From Vicugna vicugna (taxonomy: Eukaryota): a stretch of DNA of 64,000 nt. The notes below the pieces were generated by a model. That model was not told the origin of the DNA. It did not search any database and saw only the letters and a program-made list of their open reading frames with translations. A program made the translations under genes and the position numbers. Of the stretch, positions 26,431 to 39,987 are shown piece by piece (positions within the stretch are counted from its first letter, which is position 1; each line of letters begins with the position of its first letter). Location of the stretch: assembly GCA_013265495.1 (NCBI GenBank), contig MU058387.1:1240001-1304000 (forward strand), given 5' to 3'.

Positions 26431-26877
26431 AATAGGGCTTAGCTAATCCTTTAAAAATGTCTCTAACTCTTTGGCTTATTGTATCTCTGACACATTCAAT
26501 GAGGTATTTTCTATGTATGTGCTTGCATGTTTTAGTTTCATCAGCAGTAATTTTTTTCTGAATTATCTAATCTACTGTCATCTAGAAATTTGCATCTAAT
26601 TCTTAAGCTTTGATGAATTCCCATATGATTTTGCGAAGTTCTTTCAACATATTTTGAGTCATAAACTCAGTTTTTATATGTATGCATATTGCATTAATTT
26701 TAACCCCATTCTAGAATAATATTCTAGATGAATATTAATTTCTAGACTGATATGATTGTATTTTCTTACTATATCTGTCATCGTAGATAAGTCGGTTATT
26801 CGTCAAATCAGTTTCTTTGTAGATATTTCTTCATCTCTATCTTTGCTTTATCAAGTATTTTTTCAGTACTTTAAATA

Positions 26878-27370
26878 TGTTTTTGGGTTGTAGGGGTTCC
26901 TTATGTATTTTGGAAATTCACCTCCTACCAGATATGTGGTTTGCAAATATTTTCTCCAGTTCTGCAGGTTTCCTTTTCACTCTGTTGGCTTCCTTTGCTG
27001 TACAGAAGCTTTTTAGTTTGATGCAGTCCCACTTTATTTTTGCTTTTGTTGCCTGTGTTTTTGGAGTTATATCCAAGAGATCATTGCCAAGACTAATGTC
27101 AAGAAATGAGAATTTTCTTGTGTTTTCTTCCAGGCGTTTTTACAGTTCCAGTTATTACATTCACGTCTTTAGTCCATTTTGTGTTGTGCTTTGCGTATGG
27201 TGGAAGACAGGGGTCCAGTTTTACTTTTTGTACGTGGATACCCAGTTTTCACAAAACCATTTGTTGAAAGACTATCCTTTCCTCATTGTGTGTTCTTAGC
27301 ACTTTCCCCAAAGATCTGGTGACCATGTAAGTATCGGCTCACTTTGGGCTCTCTATTTGGTTTCGTTCAG
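26878..27370 (-). mobile_element. L1M ORF2 internal fragment
   Basis: Antisense ORF2 (gcaaatattttctcc, tttgctgtacagaagctttttagtttgatgcagtccca). The + strand ORF 26877-27299 is its antisense frame. Confidence 0.9.
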
Positions 27371-28179
27371 ATTGCCAGCATTACCAACTACTTTTGCTGA
27401 TAGATGACTAATGTATATTTATTTGAAATCAGCTTTAGCCACCATCATCGTACATTTATTGCCTCTATCGCTATGAAATCTAACTTTCTGCAAATTTTGC
27501 CTTTTCTCTTCTTTGGATACAGATGTGTAGCAATTAATATTTATATCAGTATCATCTCAGTATCTTTGGCATTATCAGCTCTGAAGAAGATAATCAAAGG
27601 GGTACTCATAACAGTTGTATCTGTGCCCCAGATTCTCACCAGACTCCCATTCTCTTGCTTGATTTTTCTGTCAATGCCTGTCTTCTTTTTTTTTTTAAGC
27701 TTGGTCTTATGATGACTCATGTTCTTAAAGTTATTAGATGTGTTCTCTGTAGTAAATGGCTCTGCTCTCTCTGGGGGCTTTCAGGATTGCTGTCTTGCTT
27801 TCATTATAGATGTGAGCTGGCATTTGAGTCACCTCATTTCTCTCTTAATCACCATTTTTGGCTCGTCAACACTTTATGAATTTCCTATACATGTGTCATT
27901 CCCTTTTTCTCTCATTGTCTTGTTTTCTATTCCTATTGTGGCTGTTTGAGATGAACAAAAAATTTTACAGTGCCCACGGTACTATAAAGCTTTACTTAGC
28001 TGTATATTTTTTGTATTTTCACAACCTTTTACTCCCGCCCTTCCATCCTTTTAAACTGATTTTCAGGAGCATCTACAGAAAAAAACATTTTTTTTGAATG
28101 AATGCAAGTGATAAAACAAATTTGGTTAGTTCTATAGCAACTGGACCTCATTTTTTTTATCAAGAAACTGTCATAAAAC

Positions 28180-28720
28180 CTATGTTTTCATGAAATAACT
28201 AGTGACAGTGAGGTGAATAAATTGTAGGTTAGAGAAACTCAAGATGTGGAAACTCAGGTCATTGTCAAAGGACACTAGAAGACAGTTGATTATGACTTCA
28301 CCTAGATCAGTGTCTGGAGAAGAAAAAATCGATCTGAAAAATGTGAAGGAGGTAATACCCTAGATCAGTGAGTGATTTCACGGAGAACTGTAAAGGGAAA
28401 GAGAAATCGAGCTGTCTGTCATCCATCCATGTTTCTCATGTGAGTAACATGAGAAGTGGAGTCAAGAGGAAGAAGAGCTCTAGTTTGGAAAGAACCACTT
28501 TAATTGTTTATTTTTTTAATTTTTCAGTTTTTAATCAAATTATCCACATGTCCTCCATGTAGAGATGTCCAACAGATTATTACAATTATAAACCTTCAAT
28601 TTGGTAAGAGGATCATAAAGTGGAATGACAAATTTTGAAGTCATCTTCACACATATTAAAGAAAAGACTAGTTACTTCAAAGTTTATATAGTGAAAGCCA
28701 TGAATATAAGGCATAGCAAT
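28180..28720 (-). mobile_element. L2 fragment
   Basis: Degenerate purine-rich L2 antisense motifs (aatcgatctgaaaaatgtgaaggaggtaa, ttttgaagtcatc). Confidence 0.5.
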
Positions 28721-29219
28721 TTGTGAGTGCTTCTCTAGAAAGAATGCTTTTACAGAATGTTATTTTATTATCAAATAACTAACACAGTTATTTGTTCTGT
28801 ACCAGGCATTTTAAGTTAGTTTTAAAAAAAATATATATATATATATATATGTCAAACTCTACACATTTTCTTTGGATATCAAAATCATTTTCTATATGTC
28901 AACATTTAAAGAAAAGCTAGGACAGCTCATGAAATAATTATAATAAAACAAAGCTTCATAGTTACAAATCAAAAGAAAAAGAACCATACTTTAAAAAAAA
29001 ATTTTTTTTTTCATTTTTCCTGCCCTTAGTTTCTACTACTTCTAAATGCATTTTTTCTTCCTTTCCTCCAGCCTCAGAGGTTGAGATGTATTTCTGGTTG
29101 TTATTTCATTCTCTGTTGTCACCTAGTTTATCTTGTTATTCTTTTATGTTTTCTGTTTTACATTTTCTAATGACTCCTTTCCTTCACTTTATATCTCAAA
29201 TTTAAAAAAAAAAACCAAA

Positions 29220-30125
29220 CAGTCACAGCAAATGCCTCCCTTTACGATGCTAATGCTCCAACCCCCTCCTTCCCCACTCACGTGGGCTTTAGAAATTCAG
29301 GCTTCACCACCACCCCCTGATTCTGTGCTTCTCATTTCCTCTTTAGCTCATTGCATCATAGCTTCTGCCTCTACTCTATTGAAATTGTTTTGGCAGATAT
29401 GGCCAATAATGCTCGTATTGCCAAATTCAGTTGGTAAGTTTTAGCCCTTATCTTACTGGAAGCATGAGCTGATTCTCTAACGCTTCTTGTTCTTCTTTTT
29501 TTTTTTTTTCAGTCACTCAACCATCAGGAAACTTCTCTTCCTTTCTTTCTACTCTTCTATTTCTTTCTCCTCTTCTTTATGAAAATCCCTAAATGTAAGT
29601 CTTCCCCATGTTTCTGTCTTTCATCACTATTATTTAATTCTAAATATGCTCCTAGGGAGAACTTATCTGTAGATTAAGTCTTGATGAGCCTCTTGAACTT
29701 CTGCTTTTTTTATCCAATCACTGCTTTGCCTTCTCCCCTCAAGTTATATCCAACAAATACGTTCCACCCGACCTTACCATTTGTTGCTGCTTTCTTTCAA
29801 ACAAATAACTACTATTGTTATTACTCTTGTCATCATCATCATTTATTATGATGTTTATGTCTGGGATGTGTTTTAATAATGAGCACACTATAATAAGTTA
29901 AAAAAACAAATCATGTCAGTAAATTTTTTCCAACTTTTATGCAAACCTCATGCAACCTTTTTTAAGGATATCATCATTATCATCATCATTTTTTGTCCTC
30001 TTTCTAAACTAGACTGAAAGTGCTTTGAGAGAAAGACCATAGCTTATTATTATACTTCAGTTTCTTCACCATGCCTGCCACTTAGTTGAGTTTAGCAAAT
30101 GTTACTAAATAAAATAAATGAAGAT
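29220..30125 (+). mobile_element. L2 fragments including a 3' end
   Basis: ctctattgaaattgttttggcag, cccttatcttactgga, and the 3' end ctagactgaaagtgctttgag...aaatgttactaaataaaataaatgaa. Confidence 0.6.
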
Positions 30126-30217
30126 TTTACTGCTAATATGTCTTAAATGGTATCCTAATGGAAAGAATTCTTTCATTTTTCTTCTTGCCTTTTTTTTTTT
30201 CCCTCTGCCATACTCAC

Positions 30218-30633
30218 TGTATTAGTTTACTAAGGTGACCACAATAAAATACCTCAGACTGGGTGGCTTTGACAGCAAATTTGTATTTTCTCACAGTTCT
30301 GAAGGCTTTAAGTACAAGTTCAAGGTGCCAGGTGCACTGGTTTCCTCTGAGACCTCTCCTTGCTTATGGATGGCCGCCATCTTGCTGGTTCTTTACATGT
30401 TTGTCTCTCTGAGCATGAACATCTTCAGAGAGTCTCTGTGTCTTCTAAACTTTTCTTATAGGGACACCAGTCAGATTGGATTAAGGCATACCCTAAATAA
30501 GGCCAAGCCCTTATTTTAAATCAATCACCTCTTTAAAGGTCCTACTCCAAGTATAGTCAAAGTACACTATGAGGTGCTGTGTGTTAGGGCTTCAACATAC
30601 AGATTTTGGAAGAACAAAGTTCAGTTTATAACT
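30218..30633 (-). mobile_element. MLT1A/B-like solo LTR with near-perfect 5-bp TSD (CTCAC/CTCAT)
   Basis: tgtattagttt start, cagactgggtggcttt, gacaccagtcagattggattaagg, gttagggcttcaacata, and an ataac end. Flanks at 30213-30217 and 30634-30638. Confidence 0.9.
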
Positions 30634-30639
30634 CTCATT

Positions 30640-31520
30640 CATTTGGTTATTTCATCTCTTCTCATGATTTTAAATACCTTCTATCACTGACAACTTTCAT
30701 ATTTTTAGTTCTAGCCTAGATCAATCCCCTGAAATACTGTTATGACAACCCCATCTTTCTAGTGCTTTCAGACAAATACTTCTCAACTCTTCTGTTCCTT
30801 TCTCATCCTCTATCCAGTCCACTAGCAAACTCCTGGCCCTTCCTTCAGGATATATTGAGATTCTGACCAGCATTTCTCATTAATCCCTTTACAGTCACTG
30901 CACTGTTATCAACCAACTCCCATCCCCTGTACTGTAAATGCTTTCTAATGCCGCCTGGCTTGAACTTCTACCTAAACTCTACCCTTAACCCCCTATAATC
31001 TTTTCACAAAACAATAGCCAGATCATCCCTTTACAAACTAAATCAGATTATGTGATTTCAAATCAAGGATGTCCAGTAGCTTTCTATCTCACTTAGGATA
31101 AAAGCCAACAGTAAAATGGCCTGTGGGTCCCCACGTGATTTCCCCATGCCCAGCCAGGATGTCTTTGACTGAACTCCTCTTTGACTACACTGTTCATTCA
31201 CTCACACACAGACTTCATTCTACCACATTAGGAGCGTTTCTACCCCAAGGGCATTTCACTTGCAGTTCCTTCTGCCCTGGAATACCTCCCCCCACCCAGG
31301 TGTCCTCCTGGTTTATTCACTTAACTTCTTGTCACCTTGACGCAAACATCCTCTACTCAGTAAGGCCATCTGTGACTTCCACACATAAAATGACAGATCA
31401 AGCCACATGCTCTACTCTTTCTTGTTTTACTTTCTCCCAGTGTACTTGGGGGAAATACTATATATTATAGTAATTTATTTGTCTTGTGTCTCATGTGTTC
31501 CCACCCCAGCCAGACAAATA
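30640..31520 (+). mobile_element. L2 3' portion
   Basis: aaatcagattatgt, ctcacttaggataaaagcc, agggcatttcacttgcagttccttctgccctggaatacc. Confidence 0.75.
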
Positions 31521-32104
31521 TCCACAAAAATCTGAGTTTTTATAGGGTAAATAATTTTTCTAATTTATTCCCTGCTACATCCCCAGCACCAACCCTTAGA
31601 CATGGATGGTATGAGTACATGTATATGAGGCCATATGTACTCGTCATGATATTTTAAGTCTCTGCATATGGAATGGCTTTTTGAAAGATATAACTGATCA
31701 TTTGTATGGAAATCCATTGAAGAGAGATGAAAAACCCTCTGTTGAGAAATACCCAAAGAGACATGGATTGTTTCAGCAATCTAACTTCGCTCTGCTCTTC
31801 CAGAATTTTGGCTTGTTTATTTATATTGTTTTCATATGTGTGTTTCATCTGTCTTTTTGTTTCTTTTTTTCAGAAATGACAAGTAGTATTCCCTGCAATG
31901 AACAGCCCTGCTTGAGATCAGAGAAACAAATATCCAAATCCTCAGATCATCTCTGAACAGGTTAGAGCTGAGACGTAAGCAGATAAGCCGTCAGCTCCAG
32001 CTGTGGCAGAGGACTGCTTTCCTGAAGACCAACAGATACAGAAAAGTTAATACGAAGTGAGTTAGTGAAAACTTTGCTTTCCGTAATCTAGAAGGAAAAG
32101 AAAG

Positions 32105-32268
32105 TTTTTGTTTGTTTTAATTGAAGTACAGTCGATTTACAATGTTGTGTTAAGTTTCTGGTATAGACCATATATATGTGAATATGAAAAGGCTATTACA
32201 TAGGCTATTACAGGCCATTCCAAGGCATTGAATATAGTTCCCTGTGCTATATAGTAGGACCTTGTTGT
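32105..32268 (-). mobile_element. Short L1 3'-terminal fragment, cetartiodactyl type
   Basis: aattgaagtacagtcgatttacaatgttgtgtt and attgaatatagttccctgtgctatatagtaggaccttgttg. Confidence 0.85.
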
Positions 32269-33879
32269 AGGAAAGATTTTATTTGTGGCCAGCAGTAATA
32301 AGAATATGTCAATTCCTGGGATTTTAAGTATTGTTATGGATATTCTAAATAAATGATTGTTTTCTATAGGCTAAGCTTCCCTTTTTATTAATGTTGATGA
32401 AGATAGTTTCTGAGTTCTAATGCCAGAACTGAAAGGTTCTGTAAATCTTACATATAAATGATGATAGTAGTAATATCTAATCAAGAATACATAAAATACT
32501 GTTATATTTCCAAGTTTTCAGGTAAGTGAAAGATGATTATTTAAGGAAAAATGAACTTTAACTGGGATCTGCATGGACTGTCCAAGATGAAGACTAATTA
32601 CAAGCATTTATGTGTCACCATTGGCTTCTTTGGACCCAACTGGCAGAGTCTAGCTTACTATCCAGTGATCCTTCATGTCTCTGTAATATTTCACTCATTT
32701 GAATGCATCCACAGAAGAGCTAAATCTAACCTTTGTGAAAGAGAAGAGCAAGTTTAGTCCTCAAGTCACTCTTCTATGGAGAATAGGCTACCTTGAAAGT
32801 ATGGATGCCCATCCATGAACCCAGGCATGCAGGGGATTGCACATTACTTCCTGAGCTTAAATTAGCTTAAATTTTGACTCTTAGCTTCCAACCTTCCTTG
32901 GAGACAGTAAAGGGAACTTCACATTTCCTAAAGGTCCCTTTGCACCCAGGATAGTGCAGAAGTACCTAGGAGTTCACTCAGCCCTTAGTCATCTTTCTGC
33001 CTCAGTTACCAAGGAGATCTTACCATCCCAGTGAGTGGTCCCTCAAGTCAGCTGGCTTTCCAGCCTCTGTGCATCACATGGAGCCTAGATATCACCGACT
33101 AGTCTGATTCAAGTAAACACGTCCCTCTGGATGCTGCTCCTTCCAGCACAAAGGCAAGGACAGAGAGAGGGACAAAGAGAGATACAGACATTTCTTGATT
33201 AAGAAACATCTTCCTTCTCTTCAAAATTGTTCTTTTTTTAGCTCTTTACAGGAAATTCAGTAGAATCTCCTTAATGCCTTGAGGTTTTGAGAAAAACAGG
33301 TGCTGTGAAGGGAATTCTCTCTGGACAGCTTCTACTTTCTGTGTTGTTATAAACCTTCTCTGGGGGATGAAAGCATCAAACCTGCACCCTGCTTGAATGA
33401 AACACAAAATGGGAAAACAAGAAGAGAAAAAAAATACATATAAACACCTTTAAAATGTTCTTGCCACAGATTTAATTATATTTGGAGTTCACATCAGCTG
33501 AAAAACAAAAAGAACAAAGCACTAATAAAGGGATGAAGTAAAAGTTTTAGGCATTCATTGGAAATAGTTGAGAGGAACAAGAGTATTTATTTTAAAAAAG
33601 AATACGAGTTTTATTTTAAAAAGTGAAAATGTTATGTACCTGTATTGATTTTTGTTGCTCTGGAGGGAAGAAATGAAGACAGGCATGTTTCAGTTTAACA
33701 AGAAAAAAAGGAACATCAAAATTTGATGAATATAGAGTCAGAAAAATCTGGGTTTGTTCCCAGTTTCTCAACTTTTGGACAAGACAGATAGTGTGTAGCC
33801 TTAATTTCTTCACTTTTTCTGTCTCTCTTTCTCTCTCTCCATCTCTCTTCGCCTCTGTCTTCTTCTGTTGCCTGAGCCT

Positions 33880-34330
33880 TCTTCACGTATTCAAAAATGT
33901 GTGTGCGGCACCTTGTATGTTGCAGGATTCAAGGCACTGGGTTCAGCTATTTGTGTCAATGACCAGCAAGGTCTAAATGTTTTGCTTTCATGGCACTTTA
34001 GTGAGAGAGAGAAATTAGTCAAATAGATGTTTAACTCAATGTAGAATGAGAACAGTAACAAAAGCTTTGAAGGAAAATTATGTGGTGCTAAGAATGGGCG
34101 AAGACTAAGGCATTCTGAGGAGGCTGGAGAAGACACTTGCGGGTGTGCCCGGGGTGGTTTTACAGGTGGGGTGGTGTCAGGTGTCCCAGACAAATGAAAC
34201 ACGGGTACAGTTCTTAAGCTGGGAAGGGAGCCTGTCACCTTCAGGGAACTGAAAGAAGATCAGTGAAGACAGAGAACAATGGAGAGAGAGGCTGGGGAAA
34301 GGAGAAAGGCTCAAACCACTCAGAGATCTG
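33880..34330 (-). mobile_element. L2 3' fragment
   Basis: attcaaaaatgtgtgtgcggcacc..tatgttgcagg..aggcactggg and ttcagggaactgaaagaag. Confidence 0.65.
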
Positions 34331-35164
34331 GTGAATTATAAAATGTGACAATTTACCATAAGTCTAGTAATAAGCTGCGTGTAGTTTAATTTGAGGCCAT
34401 AGGATGGGGGCCTTATCAGATCTGTAAAGTATCTGTGGGGCATAATATTTGAAAGTGATCCCAAAGGCCATACCAAAGGCAGCTGTTTGTAACAATCATA
34501 ACTTTCTATAATACAAGCCATTGCCTTCTGAGGTAGAGAATTCCCGTATTTGTGCATACTTCAGCAGGAACTAAATGGACAGCCATTTGGAATGTCCTTT
34601 GGATTAGTTTTGTGTTAGGGGAGAGCTTGCAATTCTAGGGATATGTTATGTCTTGAGACTCCATGCTTCTCTTCAGGGACACCCTGAGGAGAGTCTTTCC
34701 TCAAGGAAGCCTTGCGTTGAGAACAAGTTTGTGTTTTCCTGATAATGCAGGAAGCCTCTACCATCTTGTCCCTCTTTATCTGACAGAGTTGTTTGGGAGG
34801 AATACATTCTCTCACGTCAGTGGAGAAGAGCTAACAGGTGGAAAACGTTTTATGGGACCCCCTGAGGCTTTATGCATTGAAGGTTTAGAAGCATTAAGTT
34901 TTATCTGAGTAGATACTTCTTCAAAATGGTGGGTAACGACCTATTTATTTCCCATCTGTATCTATAAATAATGATTGAAGAGACTTGGAGAAAATGACAC
35001 TAGAAATTATGATACAGTTTTGTAAACTTTATGATAACCTAAATTGAGATCTCATACGAAAAGTGATCTAACAAAAATAGTTTTCTTGCCTCTTCAATTT
35101 AGCTTAGATATTGAGGAATTATGTCAATACATGACAAGTTCACGTATGTCATGTATCGTTTTGT

Positions 35165-35582
35165 TTTGGCAAATATTGTTGGTGTCTGCTCAGACTCTCT
35201 GGGATTTCTTTTATTGATTAGATGTGGTTCCCATACCCTAACAACTATGGATGCTTTGACTAATGGCTCATTGATTGACATCTACAACTTTGTTCAAAGG
35301 ATTTCCTTTGGGTTATTGACAGTATCTCACCAGGAATCCAAAACCTCTCCCTCTGCTTCAAAACAGGACAAACCCTGCCATAAGCTTTATGCTCCAGAGC
35401 TCCCCGCAGGATCAGATACAAGGCCAGTTTCAACTGACACCACATTCTTGTGTGAATTCCTCTCCCCTCCTGTCCAGCTTAATTTGTTCCTAAAGGTTGA
35501 GCCTAAGAACATCCCATGCATAAATCATATACACAGGACTCCCAGCCTCAAACTCTCCTTCTGGGGGTGCTGAGTTAAGACA
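35165..35582 (+). mobile_element. LTR16-like ERVL solo LTR
   Basis: Start tggcaaatattgttggtgtctgctcaga, internal tttatgctccagagctccccgcaggatcag, end ctcaaactctccttctggggg..taagaca. Confidence 0.75.
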
Positions 35583-36512
35583 CATGGATTTGTTATTCTG
35601 TAATCTCTGAGAATTCCCTTCCTACGTGAAGAAGAAATGAATCAGTATTTTTTAACAACAATTTGAGAACTGAGGTAAATACGGGCATTATTTGTGAAAA
35701 TATACTCTTTAAGAAACTGTATACATGTATACTCTAAATATTAAGAATGAAATGAAAGGATCCCACTGTAAATTTTAAAAAAAAGTCTTGTTGATGGCTT
35801 CTTTTGCCTCTTATTTGTATGTAGTCCCATTCTTCTAGTTTTGCTTTTGTTGCTTCTGCTTTTGGTGTCATATTCAATAAAAAATCATGGCTTAGACCAA
35901 CGTCCTAAAGCTTTTGCCCTTTCCTTTTCTTCTAGGAGCTTTGTAGAGTCAGGTCTTACATTTAAATTTTTAATACGCTTTGAGTTGATTCTTGTGTACG
36001 GTAGAAAGATTCCAATTCCATTCTTTTATACGGGAATATTCAGTTTTCTCAACACTATTTGTTGAGATAGTTCTTTCCCCCAATATGTACTCCTGGCATC
36101 CTTATTGAAGCTCAGTTAAACACACATGCATGAGTTTATTTCTGGGCTCTCTATTCTTTTCCATCGGCCTCTGTGTCTGTTTTTATGAGAGTACCATGCT
36201 TTTTTAAACATTGTATAGTTTCATAACATGTTTTGAAATCAGGAAGTGTGGTGTCTCCAGTTTTGTTCTTTCTCAAGATAGTTTTGGCTATTTGGAGCCT
36301 TCAGTGTTTCCACATGTATTTTAGGATAAAATTTTCTATTTCTGTTTTAAAAGCATTGATATTTAGTCAGAGATTACATTGAATGTGCAGATTCCTTTCT
36401 GTAGTATGGACATATTGATGATGCTAATTTTCCAGTTCATAAATATAGGATGTCTTTCTATTTATTTGTGTCTCCTTTCAATTTTGTTTTCATCAATACA
36501 TGGTTTTAAGTG

Positions 36513-36594
36513 TGCAAGTCTTTCACTTCTTTAGTTAAATTTATTCGTAAGTATGCAAGTCTTTCACTTCTTTAGTTAAATTTATTCGTAAGTA
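36513..36594 (+). repeat. Perfect 41-bp tandem duplication inside L1
   Basis: tgcaagtctttcacttctttagttaaatttattcgtaagta occurs twice, starting at 36513 and 36554. Confidence 0.95.
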
Positions 36595-36672
36595 TTTTAT
36601 TCTTTTTCATACTCCAAATGAGATTTTTTTCTTAATTTCTTTTTTCGATAGTTCATTGTTATATATATAAAC

Positions 36673-37150
36673 TATGAACGAAAAATACTGCAAACCATAT
36701 CAGTGAACAAAGAATGCTGAAGCCATCAAGTCATGAGGGGCTGCCGCCACCCCCAAGTGAAGACAAGCCCGCAGCCCAGCCTCTGCAGCCACTCACAGTG
36801 GTGCACCCTGAGGGGACTCAGAATAAGAAAGGACAGGATGCTGGCCCTGGATAGCTAGGTGCTTGTCAAAGGGATGAATTCAATGAGCCCAAATGTTTGC
36901 TTCCTCCCATTCATAGGAAAGTGCTAAATTTTTTAACTTGAGATGCCTGGTTTTCTTTAGTTAAGAAGTAATCTTTTATTGTTCCCACTACCTGGTCTTT
37001 GTTGTAAAGCTCCTATGTATCCTGGCTCCTCCCCTGCCTCTTCGGAGCAGTCCCTCAGGGCGATCTGAGAGGCTGTCATCCCAGGCTCGAAGGGGTTCGA
37101 GTCCTCAGAAATGTCCACCAAATAAAACATAACTCTCGACTTTTAGGCTG
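36673..37150 (+). mobile_element. ERV1-like solo LTR nested in L1, 3' terminus apparently truncated
   Basis: GC-richer block with tggtgcaccctgaggggactcag, ttcggagcagtccctcagggcgatctgagaggctgt and AATAAA near 37121. L1 sequence resumes on both sides. Confidence 0.8.
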
Positions 37151-37524
37151 ACCTGTGCATGTTGATTTTGTATCCTGCAACTTCACCAAATTGATTTATT
37201 TGTTCTAATAGGATTTTTGTGATGTCTTTAGGGTTTTCTATTTACAAAATCGTATCAGCAAACAAATAATTTCACATCTTCCTTTCTGATTTGGTTGCCT
37301 TTTTATTTCTTTTTCTTGCCTAATTGTTTGCTTGGAATTTCCAGTGCTATGCTGAATAAAAGAAACAGTGGAGAGTTTTTATCATGAATGATAAATTTTA
37401 TCTAATTCTTTTCTGCAAAATTTATGAGATTATGGGATTTTGTTTTTCTTCTTGAACTTGTTAACATGATGGATTATATTAATTGAACATTTTTTTAAGC
37501 ATTTCTTTTTAATTTTGTTAGTGT

Positions 37525-37900
37525 GTTTTTACTGTATTTGCTAGGGTTGCCATAACAAAGGACCACAAACTGGGAAAATTAGTAAAAACAGAAATTTATT
37601 GTCTAACTGTTCTGAAGGCTAGAAGTCCAAAGTCAAGGTGTAGGCAGAGCTATAAGGGGAGAATCTGTTTCAGGCATCTCTCCTTCGCTTCTGGATGGTC
37701 ATCTTTAACCTGTATTCCTTCACGTTATCTCCCCCCAGGTGTGTCTGTGATCAAATTTCTTTTTATAAGGACATCAGTCATATTCAATTAGAGTTCACAG
37801 CAATGACCCTATTTTAGTTTGATCCTCTATAAAGAGCTTATCATCTTCTTAGGTCACATTTTGAGGACCTGGGAATTAGAATGCCAGCATACCTTTAATC
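37525..37900 (-). mobile_element. MLT1B/C-like LTR
   Basis: ggttgccataacaaaggaccacaaactggg, aggctagaagtccaaagtcaaggtgt, ttataaggacatcagtcatatt. Confidence 0.85.
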
Positions 37901-37959
37901 GCACATATTGCACCAAGTATTATGCATATTTATGCTTTACAGGTGTCATTATTTTAGCA

Positions 37960-39960
37960 GATCAAGTAAAGTGGAGACATCTTAGCTCACTTTGTATCCT
38001 TACCTACACCCTCACCTGTTAATAATAGAATCATCTTAACTATTTCCTCTACATACATTTAGAACCTTACCAGACAGTTTTATGATTTTTACTTCAACCT
38101 TTAAATAATTTAGAGAAATTACGAAGAAAAGAAAATCTATTGTATTTACCTGTTTTTGTTTACCATGTTCTTCCTTCCCTCTTGGTATTCCACAATTTTT
38201 AATTTTATCAGTTTCTTTCTTTTTAGACAACACTTTTAGCCATTACTAATAGGTCCATCTGCTTGTGGCAAATCTTTTATTTTTCCTTCCTCTAAGAATA
38301 TCATGATTTCTTTCATTATTCCCGTAGGATGTTTTCATGAGATGTAGGTTTTAAGGTTGGTAGGTTTTTCTTTCAGTACTTGAAGAAAGCTGTGCCATTT
38401 TACTCTGGATTCTATGGTTTCCGATGAGAAATCCATTGTCACTTAAACTGGTTTTTCCTCTATAGCTAAAATATCTTTCTCTCATATTGCCTTCAAATTT
38501 TTTTTTTTCAGTTTTCACAAGTTTGACTATACTGTGTCTTGGTGCGGATTCTTGGTGATTTATCCTATCAGTGGTTTGCTTAGATTCTTGAATCTGTAGG
38601 TTTATGTCTTTTGCAAAATTTTGGGAAGTTTTCTTTTCAGTTGTGGCTCTTCTTCTTCCGGCTCCGATAACAAAGATGTTAGATATTTTGTTGTAGTCCC
38701 ACAGGTAACTTAGGCTCTGTTAACTATTTTTTTTTCAGAATATTTTATCTCTATTGTTCACACTGAGTAATTTCTGTTGTTTTGTCTTCAAGTCCACTGA
38801 TTCTTTCTTCTGTAGCCTTGACGTTGCTGTAGGTTCATTTGTTGAGTTTTTTTTTTTTTCAATCTCAGTTGGATTTTTTTGTTCTAACATTTTTATTTCA
38901 TATCTTCTACTTTTTTTCTGAGACTTTCTATTTCTTCATTTGTTCCAAGTATGTTTATAATTGCTCATTAACACGTTTTTGTGACAGTTGATTTAAAGTC
39001 TTTTCAGGTAGCTCAGACATCTTTGTCGTCTTAATGTTGGCTTATATTAATTATCTTTTCTCTTCCAGTTTGACATCTTCCATTTTCTTAGTGTAATGAG
39101 GGATTTTTTTTTAAATCAAAACCTGGACATTGGGACATTGTATTATAAGACTCTGGATCTTATTACACTCTCTGTTTTAGCTTGACTTCTCTGATACTAC
39201 TGTAGTAGGGCTAAAGAAGGACACCATCTTGTCACCACCAGATGTGGGGAGAAGTCCAGTTTCCTACTGGTCCTCCATTGACACCTAAGGGGAGTGGCTC
39301 CTTTATGTTGTTGACTGAGAGGAGAAATTGCTTTTCACTAGAGCTTCACTGATACCTCCAACTGGGGTGGTAGGAGTGCCTTGCCAATGTACCTCCTGTG
39401 GTCAGATTGACAGCATGGTAAGATGAGATGTTTGGCTTCATTACCACCAGGCAAAAAAGTGAAAGTCCTGACTCTTTACTTGGCGTCTCTGACATCACCC
39501 CAATCGTGGTGTTGGGACATCCTTCTACAGCTGCAAGGGTTGAAGTCCAGGCTCCCTACACAGTTTTGCTGACATGTAGAGATAGGGCCACCGTTTGTTT
39601 GTTTTTTTCCCCCACAATGTTTTAACTGAAGAGTGGCTACTATATGAAAGTTTTACACTTTGTTAGGTTGCCCCTTTCCTGTCATGTATCTAAAGAAAAT
39701 TGGATTTTTAAGAGATATCTTTTATCTGCACCTATTGGCATTTCCGGCATGCCATCTTCATCTGCTCCAAGACGAAGATCTATAAGACATAAAGATATCC
39801 TAGGGAATTCACCGGCATGACATTTCTTGGTTTCTGAGGTTTGTAATCATTTTGTTTTCTTCTCTCTACACTTCAGAATCTTATTTTTGTATTGCATTTA
39901 ATGTCCAGGGGTTTTAGTTGTGGAGAGAATGGGAAAATATTGTCATTTCCATCATAGATG
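37960..39960 (-). mobile_element. Old L1MC/L1MD-like 5' region (5'UTR, ORF1 and inter-ORF)
   Basis: Antisense ORF1-region motifs (tatggtttccgatgagaaatcc, ttcttgaatctgtaggtttatgtcttt, gtcttcaagtccactgattctttcttct). Confidence 0.75.
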
Positions 39961-39987
39961 ATTTCTAATATTTTAATAGAAATAATA

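Larger units (their letters stand above)
35785..37480 (-). mobile_element. L1M ORF2 fragment, interrupted by the LTR at 36673-37150
   Basis: Antisense ORF2 (ttttcttctaggagcttt, tttatttctgggctctctattct), resuming after the LTR with tgttgattttgtatcctgcaact. Confidence 0.88.
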
